A stretch of DNA of 63,510 nucleotides, filler included, from Platydemus manokwari (taxonomy: Eukaryota): NCBI GenBank assembly GCA_037951405.1. It is 6 parts of 6 records of this genome, joined end to end, with 100 filler letters (N's around TTAATTAATTAA, not from the genome) between each part and the next. Parts side by side here need not be neighbours in the genome. Positions count along the whole stretch, not along the records: positions 12,107 to 21,879 come from JBBMOY011206432.1; positions 21,980 to 32,273 come from JBBMOY011147660.1; 4 more parts are not named here. One strand, written 5' to 3'. Of the stretch, positions 12,865 through 24,659 are shown piece by piece. The position numbers were made by a program, and so were the translations under genes. The stretch's first letter is position 1, and each line of letters opens with the position of its first letter. The notes under the pieces are model-generated. The model ran no database searches and was not told the DNA's origin. It saw nothing but the letters and a program-made list of their open reading frames with translations.

Positions 12865-15800
12865 CTGGATAAACATGTTGTCTGCCTCTGATATTTCTGG
12901 GTCGTTGCTATATGATTTAGCATCTAAAAATTGCCTGCATGTTTGACCCTCGTGGATAGCATTACAAGGAATACAGTTTACCTTTTTACAGAGAGGACAC
13001 CTAAAAGACTTCACATCTTCATCGTAAGCAACCCATGCAATACAGTTAACTTCTTTACAATGAAACGATCGTTTTTCCTTTGCCTCGGCCATTCTCAGGC
13101 TCAATTCTTGATATCTCAAATATTCTGCGTCACTAAGCATCTACAGAATGTTGGCAATGGAAAAATGAGAACCCAGGAAAACCTACATGTCGAATTTCTC
13201 GGTCTTCAACAAGTCCCATGCAATTTTCTGTAGGACATTTTACTTGTGCATCTTCAGCATTGATTAAATAATTTCTGAAACACTCCCTAAAATTAGAATT
13301 TCTCAATATTTTGTAAATCTTTCTTGAATAAATTTTAATTGGTAGGAAACTTGCTTAAAGAATCTGTATGTCGAAAATATATTTCTGCTAAAACAAATTT
13401 CTATGCGATCCAAAAATTAGAATAAAAATTTAAGTTGCAATGTAAGGAAATTTATAACCCTTTCTTGTTGTTCACATCAGGTTATCAGTGACGATTGATG
13501 GTAAAGAATTTTCAATAATTCACCTTACGGCTTGGACTTTTGTAGATTGATGAATTAACGGTATACCCTCGTTACCAAAATAGAAATAGAGAATCATACT
13601 TAACCTATCGAACCCAATTTTCACTAATGATAATCACCATTACTAGTGTGGATGAACAACAATTTTGAATTGGTTAAAAATTTATTTTATCGTTTGAATA
13701 TACCATATAAGCATCTGAACTTACTTATGATAACAAATAAACAACACGATCAATAAATGCACTTATTGCTGAAAATCAAGATATAAAAATAAAAACAATT
13801 AAAATGGGTCATGTGATTCATATTGTCATCCAGGCGATATACTTAGACAATCACTGGAGATAGGACAAACACGTTTTAATAGAAGTGAATATTCAGATGT
13901 ATTATTTCATTTTTGCTTCAGACACACCCATACACATATTTATAATTATTAATGATACGTTGGCATTGATAATATTTGCAATAGAACTAACTTTGAAATA
14001 TTATAAATGAAAGAAATATTATCAAATAAATCATTTCAAAACTTTCAATCAATAATTTGATTTAATAGATTTTTATTATGATAGCTGACAGGTTATACCT
14101 TCTAATTAATGAAAATATTTATAACGTTAATGAGATTGGTACTTTTCATCTGGACTCCATAACTCATTAGTTTTTGACGACTACGCATCTACAGTACCAT
14201 AACAATATAGTGCCTCCTTGTGTTTTTTTCAATCAATTATTAAGTCATGTTTTGTTTAATCATATTTTATTACAATTCTACTGTTTATCATTATGCATTA
14301 TCCACCCTATAAGTAAATATAAATTTACTTATATGAAGAATGCTTTTTAAAATTTCTATCACTCTTCCAAACACAATAATCGAAGAAACCTAAATTAATT
14401 GTCTTATCTACTTATTACTTACTTACATACTTATTGTTACAGCATCATTCCAGACAAAAACCTGTCACTTGTTCGGAGACAAAATTTATACAAAGTCATA
14501 TAACTCAATACCAAATCAGTACTTAAGATACTATAATAGTAACTTCTTATTGGTGAGTTTCAACCGTTAAACAGTCATATTTTTTGAAATGTTTAATGAT
14601 GGTCTGAATAAAAAGAATTGCAAATTATAGAACGATTCATGAAATCAATAAAGTTCTGTGTAGGAAATACTGAATCAAAATCTATCTCATATTGTGATAA
14701 GTGATGGAAAATCGAAACATTATTAAATATCAAAACTAATAAATCATTCTAGGCGGATTTGAATTTTCTAATAATTTCATATTTTTCCACTTCTTAAAAA
14801 AAATTCATTGATTCTCACATTCTGCATTTTATTAGCTCCAAAGCATTTCGAAATCTATCCCCATATCCATCTCTTTACTGTATTTTGATCATAGCTCAGA
14901 AAAAATAGATTCGTTGACGGTGTTTTTGATACAAACCCAGAATTGAAGAATACTCGAAGTATCTTCGAATATCGATCAATTTATAACCTTGATTGGTACA
15001 TTTCATATAGATTTGAAATTCATACACGGCCATCATATTCTATCAAGAATAGGCTATGATGACATGGAGTCCATTTAAAACAAATCATGAATATGCTATA
15101 CGAGTATCGTTCATGAGATTGATAATTCCATCTCTTATTCAACATACATTCATAAATAATAATTAAATACACATTTCATTCAATACATTATTTCCCAGCT
15201 ATATTTACTGAAATCAGCACACAACTCTAAAATAAATCGAATAAATGTTGGTAGCAGAATGAGAATCCATCAAACCGTTCCAGCGTAATTTCCCTGCCGA
15301 ATAGTACCAATAGTGGGGAATGATCACAAACAGTATTTCAATGGCTAACAAATGTAACGGTTCCTCTATAGTTTTAGATAATAAAAGTATTGTTGAGGTT
15401 CTAAAGAATTGAAAGTTGCAATTTGTATGTCAGTACTCAAACGCACTACTCAATACGAACAGGAATAACTCAAACTCAAGAAAAACTTCATAAATCAATA
15501 TATAACAGCAACATATAACTTGGCTTCAAACTGGCAGTTGGACATCTTCACATCAGTACTTATACTTGAAATTTGTGTATTATTTGTGCATCACGTCCTG
15601 ATTTGATCTTTCATTTCTCAAGTTCCAAATGGATTTATTGATTTTGAATACTCGGGATTGGTAAATCCCTATATACGTATTACTGTGTGGCAATGTCCAT
15701 ATTTCAAATTAAAATTCTCCAAGTAAGTCAGCTGTGATTGATTGATTTTCATGTCTGTATGGTTGTGTAAGAATGCAAATAAGAGTTCCAAGAGCCAAAA

Positions 15801-16425
15801 TCACATTCTTTTATGAGATTTCGTCTCTGCTTAACAGTATCTTTGAAAATTAGATCGATATAATCTGTGATTTTATTAATCCTTATAGCGAAGTACTCTT
15901 AGGAGAAGTATTTTAGGTCAAATAAAGACTCACTTGCATATTGTATGAAGACAACTATGCAATATTATAGCTTCACCAGCCTCACAGTCCATCATGCATA
16001 CAGGACATTCTGTGACTTCACTGGTATTTGCAATCGCCATCTTAGATAAGAGCATCAAATTTTTGTAAGTTCTGGTCTTTTCCTCTTCCATTTTTCTCAT
16101 CATTTCATTTTCCAACTAATTTTTAAAGGACTGAAATCAATCTAAATAAACATTGAAAAAGGCGAACCTCAAGAGCTCGTAATTCTGATTCTTTTTTTTC
16201 GGTAAAAATTACAATTTCCTCATCAGTCGGATTCCAATAGCTTGGCACAATATATTGCTCTGGTTGATTGTTACTGCACACCTCGCAAAACTTATTGAAT
16301 GGTAAATTGATAAATGTGCAAGAATCGCAAGCCCATCCTATTTTCGGTAGCTTGAAATCGCTATCGGTTTTCATCTTGTATTCAATCCATTTTTGAAATT
16401 TTTTGTAATGTGATTCATCGAGACC
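12865..16425 (-). CDS. RBCK1: RBCK1/HOIL-1-like RBR E3 ubiquitin ligase (NZF-RING1-IBR visible; RING2 beyond the contig end; 5' exons probably about 17840-18480)
   Basis: Exons 16425-16168, 16115-15934, 13286-13187 and 13140-12865 splice in frame with GT-AG introns of 52, 2647 and 46 nt. They encode the NZF GWACDSCTFINLPFNKFCEVC followed by the HOIL-1-like tail PEQYIVPSYWNPTDEE, RING1 ECPVCMMDCEAGEAIILHSCLHTICKEC...VKCP and IBR SFHCKEVNCIAW...FRCPLCKKVNCIPCNAIHEGQTC. Confidence 0.9.
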
Positions 16426-16969
16426 CTAGTATTTAATTTTAATGAAAATCTTTATGATGCAGTAAATCCAGACATAATATTTGATCCATAATTACAATTC
16501 TCTCAAATTTAAAATTAGAAAGGATATTCGTTTTTACAAATAAAGTACTAAACGAGAGCAATTTTCCTATAAAATCATTATTTGGATATCAAAAAAATCA
16601 CATTGGAAAAAGCATTTTTAAGCGTGAAATGCTTTAATTGAAATAAATAAAATTATCCCCTGTGAAAAGTATAACTGTGCCTTGGAAACAAGAAGTTGCA
16701 ATCGTACACATTTAATTCGAGAAATTAAAAGGATTTCCCATGACAATCGGTGCTTACCAGTGAAAAAGAGGGTTTTCGTAAAATTATGCCCTTTATACAC
16801 ATACATACATACACGAAATTCTCAGTAATAAATATAACTCAAACTTAAAAATATAATGGCAAATATAACTAAATATGGATATATGTGTTACAAAAATAAA
16901 ATAATATTCTTCGTGTTTTATTAAGAAAATCCTTTATCGATCAAAATATGAGATTTGAATAATATAGAT

Positions 16970-17193
16970 CAGGGGTGCGCAAACTAGGAGGCGCGCCCCT
17001 AAGAGGGGCTTGAAAATTTATATTGGGCGTGTCTAAAATTTGATAAAATTATTAATTAATAAAAAAGCATAATTTGAATTATATCTTGCTATGAAGAAGA
17101 TATTTATTTCATTTAACAAGTATTTCATATGAGAGCGTCAGCAGCTAATATAATAAAAATAGAGGCTCAATTTAAAAAGTTTGCGCACCCCTG
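16970..17193. mobile_element. 224-bp hAT-type MITE
   Basis: Perfect 16-bp TIRs caggggtgcgcaaact / agtttgcgcacccctg (Charlie-like CAGGGGT end). The 8-bp flanks atatagat and gcttaaac do not match each other. Confidence 0.8.
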
Positions 17194-18947
17194 GCTTAAA
17201 CAATACTTTTGTATGGATAAAAAAATAATTAAATTTTTTTTTTGAAAGAATGTAAATTTATTCACAAAAAGAAAAATGAAATACAATGATAATTATGTTC
17301 ATAAGAAGTTAAGAGTTATTGAAAAAATAATTTTGTGTATGAAATCATATTCTCGAGATCATATACTTGAAAATATAATAGTTAATGATGATCAATATGA
17401 TATATTTTTTAAAAAATGATTAAGTGTCTGTACCAAATTTAAAAAATTACAAAATAATTTAGAAGAAAGTAATATATGGCTATAATTAAAATACATTATA
17501 TCGAAAAATAAAATACTTTATTAAAGAGAATACGGATAGCAGATGATATATTCAAGTGAAAAAATTAAGAGGAAATTTAGTAAAATTATTCATTAAGAGT
17601 TAAATAATAGCCAAACGAAGTACTTTACTTTTCAAGAAAGCTAGAAATCGGAGGTAGGCGTAATTTGTTATTAGCTTTGTAAAATTTTTACGGTTGGTGT
17701 AGCATTGGTGTAATTATCGTAACATGATTAAATAAACCTTATAATGTATCATGGAAATATATGAGAGTATTCATGTATAAAAGTAGACTTACGGTGTTTC
17801 GTATCAACAATGAAAAGAGGTTCCGAATTGGTATCTCACTTTCATATACATAAGTAATTCCTGATTTGTGACCATATTGTTGGAGTCATTATTTTTCTTT
17901 TAAATATAATGTGAGTCCGATACTACCGATTGAAATGTAATGTCAATACATTAACACAAAGAATGTGGCAATAAAATTTATTTGAATCCACAACAAATCT
18001 ACAAATATCTAACAAATGAAAATTTCAAATATCTTTATAATAAATGTTTCCCTTTTATTCAATAATTATATGTTATTTCACAAACACAATTAATTTCACA
18101 TTTACACAAAGGTTCAAATTTACCCAACCCCACAGTTTTAAAAACGAAAGTCAACAAAAGAAGATTAATCTTTGGCTGATCTGATAGTCTGTTCTTTTCT
18201 GTTTTATGCTTTGATAGAAAGTTGAAGTTTAATAAGAAAGTGTTAATTTGATAAATTTCCAAAGACTGTCAGTGAGTGTGATCCAGCGAGAAGATTTATG
18301 GAGCTTCTCTGATTTTGGAATTTTGTCAATATCAACTTCTTATCGTATGTTCACATGTACAAATATATTTTAAGAGTTTGAAATTAAGTTACATTTAATT
18401 ATTACAGTAAAATTGTTGCTTCACTAAACAGAAACTTCAGAAAAAATTGGGCACTGATTTATAATTTTCACATTACCACTTATTTAAAAAATTAGTAAGT
18501 AAGTTGAAAATAAATTCAATATAGTTTAATTTTATCAGTTTTGCTAAGAATTTTTAAATAATTATCATTTTTTATCCCAAAAGAAAGTTCAAAATATTGT
18601 GTAAACTTGAAATGAGTCTATATCTTGATTATATATGAACAAAATGCATTTTAAATGTAAAAATTACTTTGGTAATATAATTCATATTCTATAAGGCAAT
18701 ACTAAGCTTGAAAAGCCTATCATAATGTCTTAAATGACAATTTTTAACATTTTTACTTTTAGATAATTAGATTTGTTTCTATTCAAACTATTATTGAATT
18801 TTTAGTTTGTTTTGTTTATTTATTTAAATTGTCCTAACATATTTTAAAATATTTTAAAATTCTAACGTGCTTTAAAGATACATTTTTTAAATAAATAAAT
18901 TATTGAATTTATAATTAAAATATTTTTATTAAACTATTATATAATAG

Positions 18948-21063
18948 GATAGTCTTGAAATATATCGAAATGAAGATAATTCTATTTTAACAAACCATCA
19001 GCCTAGTGGTGATAATGTTCTTGATTATTATACAATTGTATTGCATCAATCCATTAATTTCACAAAGTGTTTCGTTGTTTCAAATTTAAACGGTGAATTA
19101 ATAACTTACCACGAAGAAGAAAATAATTTGGTAATAATTGTTTCTCAATTAAAAATTTTTTTTTTCAATTAGATTATTAAAAAAGATGGATATAAAGAAT
19201 TGGTACCAGAAGAATTATTTAACAAAGCCAATAAGTGTATTAAATGTGCAGTTGATAATTTTAAGTCGTTGGACTACGACGTTACGGTTGGATTATTTAC
19301 TGTTGGTTTATAATTGTTATTGGAATAAATAGAAAATTATTTGTATGAGCATTTGTACTCATCGCAATATTGTCGTTGTTTGGAGCAAGAAATCTGGTAA
19401 ATCGTTATACAATGCACTGACAGAAGAAGATATCAGATGTGATGAAGCTTGTCAAAGATTGATTCAAAAATCCTGGCGAAAATCAAGAACAAATTTCCAA
19501 GTAAATTATTAAAAAAATATCATTAATGATGGCTGTCAGCATTTATGTGGTCTCCCGATCAGTGCTAAGTGGGCTGGAGTGAAGCTGAAATGGCTCATTG
19601 AGAATATTAGCTCAGTGCAAGAAGTGTACAAAGATGGTGATCTCAGATTCGGAACCCTTGATACATGGTTGCTGTGGCAACTGACCGGTGGCCAATGTTA
19701 CGCCACTGATGTCACGAATGCCAGCTACACAATGCTCATGAATCTGCATCGATATTCGTGGGATTCATCCATCTGTAAATTTATCGAGATCGATTTGTCA
19801 ATGCTGCCAGAAATCAAGAGCTGCACAGAACTGTTTGGCAAAATTGCTCACGATTCTGATAGCGGTGTGGCAGGATTGGCTATTACAGGGTGTGTGTGCG
19901 ACATAAAGGCCAATATTATTGGTCATCAAGGAATGCAGCCGGGTTCTGTGAGCCTTCATGTCGACTCTGAGCTCGGTGCAAGTCATGTTACGATATCAGT
20001 TGGTGAGGAGGTGCTCTTCTATCGGTACGTGTTGAAAGGGGTCGGTTTCATGTTAAGCACGGCCTCATATCAATTCGGTAGCAAGGCAAATGTTAATTAT
20101 TCGTTGGAGGTGAGTTCAGTTTGTATTGGCTTGCTTGTGTGTCATTGGGAGACAATTTGCTCCAATCGAATCGCTTTGTGCTCGCTAAATGGGGGTGGGG
20201 GTCCTTTTTGGGATAAAATATCATCATTTTGGGATTCCGTATTTAAATAATGTGTGTATTGTTGCTAGGCAACACTCTACAATAGTCAGAACTTATTGCC
20301 ATGGTTTCGTGACTGTTTGCGCGTCGTGTCGAGTACAGATGATATTGATGCGGTCGCTAACTCGGTATCAGATTCCAACGGTTGCTATTTCATCCCAACT
20401 ACTGGAGCAACACACAGCCCCCTCGAACGCAACCAGTATCGACATGTCAATCTGTGGGGCATCAATCTCACCAATTCACGGCCAGGCCATATCGTGCGGT
20501 CTGCTCTCGAAGCTGTTGCTGCTGAGGTGGCCAATTTGCTCGCTTCCGTCACCAGTGTCGTCGGTAGACCGTACGAGATTCTCAATGTTGGCGGACGAGG
20601 CCTGGAGCGTAGCGATGCCTTTTGCCAGATCCTTGCCGACTACACTGGACTCAAAGTCGAGCGGCTAGCTATGTCGGAAGCCGTTATTATTGGAGGAGCT
20701 TTACTCGCCGTTGTCGGGGCTAATTTAGACCCTTCTGGTCTCCAGGGACCGCTGAAAGAGGGATTCTCATGTCTGATGGTTCCTGGCGAGCGGAGAAAAC
20801 GATGTCGCCAATGGATTAGCTTGGCCAATGAGCAAGAATTGCTGGATCATCGATTCTGGATCGGTAGCGATGATGAAGGCGTCTTGAATGTCGATCACAG
20901 AGGTGCGGTACTGCCTGTGAGAAACAAGAAATATTTATCCTCTCAGCGCAATTGGGTGTGGAAGATTCTGTCGGTGCTAATGATTGGCACCCCTTTTACG
21001 CTGATTGGGTTCGGTGCTGCACTCCTCATTAGCAGTAGCCACTCTAGATTTAATAAATTGTAG
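18948..21063 (+). CDS. Glycerol kinase-like (FGGY family) protein, probably catalytically dead, with C-terminal transmembrane helix; start codon not located
   Basis: Exons 18948-19130, 19173-19286, 19333-19500, 19540-20109 and 20269-21063 (GT-AG introns of 42, 46, 39, 159 nt) give 609 codons plus stop. GK-fold motifs: GKSLYNA, GLPIS..AGVKLKWLIEN, FGTLDTWLLWQLTGG, TDVTNASYTMLMNL, MLPEIKS, GCYFIP, HIVRSALEAVA, QILAD. Confidence 0.88.
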
Positions 21064-23066
21064 TTTTGTTCTCTCTTGTGTGATGTGACTGTGATCGATT
21101 GTGACTGATTTGTAATTGATTGTGATTGGCTGATATATTTGAGTGCCATTTATCCAATATTTATTGCTATACTAATCATTATTATTGATCTCAATCTCAC
21201 GCACACACAATTTCCTTTATCTTGTTCAATGGAAAATCATTCCGATATCGTGACTCATCCAATATTTTATTGGTTGTTCTTTTATACATGTTTTTCATCC
21301 ATTTTTATCCAATAGATTTGCTGTTATATATTTATGAGGGATCGTCAAAATGGTAACTCAGTAATTACCAAGAATTAAATTTTCGATTTTTATTAAGTGG
21401 AGATTTGACTATTTGTATGAAAATTTTGTTTCAATTATATTGGTGATATAAATATTATTGTACTCATTATTTCATTAAACCTTTAACCATGACATTTTGC
21501 AACTCAATGATATGATTTATAATGAACCTTGGAATTGGTCAAGTGGGTTACTTCAAATTATTATCATTAATATTTATGTCTACCAGACCTGACTTATAAA
21601 CAACCTTTATAATTCAATTAATTTAATTGTTTTGCTAATGAATGAATTCCGTCTGAATTGTCGTAATCACTTTTCTATTATTTTTAACATTCATATTTCT
21701 ATTGTGATTTGAAGTTCATTCATTTTAAATGTAAACTTACCTTTACAATATCGTCCAGATTTTCTTGAGGCAATTTTAAATAAATGATTTATGAAACAAC
21801 ATTCAAATTTCAACTAATGATTTAATTGAAAGAGAATTTAATTGAATTGTTAAATTTTTAAAAATGGATTACTATTTGANNNNNNNNNNNNNNNNNNNNN
21901 NNNNNNNNNNNNNNNNNNNNNNNTTAATTAATTAANNNNNNNNNNNNNNNNNNNNNNNNNNNNNNNNNNNNNNNNNNNNTGAATGCTTCTTCTGTCATCT
22001 TTGTTTTGTGGGGAACTGCGTTTTGTATTGTAAAAAAAAATTCGATGATTATATTATATCTGTTATTTTCAATTTTGTATTTTATTTTTATTATTATAGT
22101 CTTCATTATTGTTATTATTATTATAGTTATTTAAATCAAATATTAAACATTGATAATCGGTCACGATTATTCCGATTATCGATTCAGTAAAACAATAGAC
22201 AATTAATGATTTCATAAACGCATTCAAAAATAAATTTTCCTTACAGCTAAATTGCAAGAAACTACCACGAGAATTTTAATTATTCAGAACATAAACAATA
22301 TTGATAATGAGAGGGAGAGATAGTGCAAAAATTGAAAGATTGGAGAAACCAATAAACGTTGAGCGTGGAAATATCTCCACAAATATATATCATAGAAAAA
22401 AATAAGTTTTTCGCAACGAAATAATTTATTCATAAAAAAGGAAAATCTTATCAATCTGGAGCGCAACAAATAAATGCTTGAATTATGTAGATGCTATCGT
22501 CTGCCATCTACAACGATCGCTGTGTAATTATTATGACGGTTTCGGTCAGCAGCTCAGACATCCTCACACGCCCGATGAATGGAATATGTCAACATTTCTG
22601 TGGATGATAATCGTTCATAATTGCAGACTTCACAGTTAATATTATCGTTGACAACGACAGTAACAACAACAAAACGTCACGTAATAAAATTTCCCTTCTG
22701 TAATGGAATCAAAACACAATTCACACATGCAGATATTTTTGTGGGAAAAAAAATTACTAATTCAATCCAGAAAAAAGGCGAGAAATCGAAACTGTATCGG
22801 TATTTGAATCATAATTTTTTTTTCCATTTTAAAACCCACAATGGAGAAAAGTCTAGTCGATATGCTTGAGGGATTTTGTGAAAAACATGAATAGCATATC
22901 GTCATGTAAAATCTGTAGAGCTATGATATATATCAATTTCGGTTTTTTTATTAGTATTAAATATATGTTTGAGGATTTATAATTATAGAAATTATTGTGA
23001 AGAATGATATTGGAATTAAATTTAAGTTGATTATGGTGCATTTGTCGATGACATCCAAATATCTAG

Positions 23067-23067
<1 letters not shown>

Positions 23068-23098
<31 letters not shown>
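23068..23098. repeat. (TA)n(TG)n microsatellite
   Basis: Read directly from the sequence. Confidence 0.9.
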
Positions 23099-23409
23099 AA
23101 CATGTGTGTGGCAGTGTATGTAGCATAAGGTTAACATGTTAATATTTATTTTAGAATTTTATCCTAGTCAGCGGTGAAATGCGAAATACCTTTGGAATTG
23201 AATGAATGAATATGGATAAAAAACGGAGAACAGTTTACTACCTGTTATGATTATGTATCGACCTATACTCCGAGTGTCTAAGACTACAGTTATTTTTCAG
23301 TTTTAGTATGACAGAAAATTTGTATGTAATTGCAATAAATCTTTGAAATCAATCACATGGACTGTAGGTATTAGGTGGATAACATTTTATGATATAGATA
23401 TTAAGGTTC

Positions 23410-23945
23410 GTTGTGATAATATGGAGAAGAGGTATAATACTAGTAATATGGGTAACGGAGACCATAGGGACAATGACGTAAATGATATTGTTAGTATGAA
23501 TGGCATCAGTATAATGAAAATGAATCATATAGATTTAGTAGATAATAGGAATGATATTTTATTATATGAACGATATGAATAATAATCATTTTGTGTGTCA
23601 ATATAGGCACTATTTATTAATAGGCCTAACATGAGATAAGAATAATATTGAATAATAATGGGATTATAATGATAAAATTGTATAATAGGGAAAATATGGA
23701 TGCTGTGGATAATGGGGATAATCTCTGAAATACATCGAATACAGAGAATACGCATTAAAGGGATAATCGAGTTGATTTTGGATTAAAGTGATGAGGTAAG
23801 GATGGTAAGAATAACACGAATTACTTCGATCATATTTATTGTATTAGTGACATGGATGTAAGTAATAAAATTAGTAGAGATAAAATGGATTGAAGTGATA
23901 GAGGAAATAAGTTTGTACAGTAAGGATAATAGGAATAAAATGAGA
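23410..23945. repeat. Degenerate purine-rich minisatellite with about 9-nt period (ggataatag-like)
   Basis: Units such as gggacaatg, tagataata, tggataatg, gggataatc and aggataata recur. The ORF-track peptide shows xxN triplet periodicity. Confidence 0.45.
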
Positions 23946-24659
23946 ATCCAGTGGATTTATCTTTCCACTCACCTACTTTACGGTGTATAGAGTTCAGAAA
24001 AACACTATCGATAATATATTAAAACTTTAATTATGAAAAACTCTATCAGCCAGTTATCAACTAAATCGTGAACAAGAAAACACCCCTCTTCTCAAATCAT
24101 TCGAGTTTTGAATAAATGTTAAATAAAGTAGTTGAAATTATTTTTCATTTCACATTTTCTTGTCGCCTAGCGATGGCTGTTCAAACAATATCTGGTTTGA
24201 ACACAGCAAAATGAAATCTGAAAATAAAAACCATTCGGATAAAATGTCAATATCGTCTTTGTTATTCTCTCAAAAATTGCTAGAAAATACAATCATCACA
24301 TTCTCTCTCATCTGTTTCTAAAAGATATCTCAAATCATATTTCGGTCATTATTATTATTATTTCAAAATATAGGGCGCCTTGTTATTGTGATTAGGACTG
24401 TCATTAATCTTTGATTGTTCCTATGATTTAAATGGCAAAATGAATTCAAATATGGCTCAATTATCCAACAGCATTTTCATTTAGGCAGTCAAATCTATTT
24501 TTCAGATGAGATTCAAAATATTTTATTTGATATATCGTTGAAGTTACTAGTTTAAATCTATGAGTCTTGCTTACTATTAAGTGTGAATGCAAATATCATT
24601 CGTTAAATTAACTGACTGTTTCAGAAAATATTACAATCACAAGATAAATAAATAGTTAT

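Noticed and set aside
22520-22605. YYDGFG and CQHFC resembling a Polinton adenain protease
   Set aside because: Different frames, spacing too short and no upstream HW motif.
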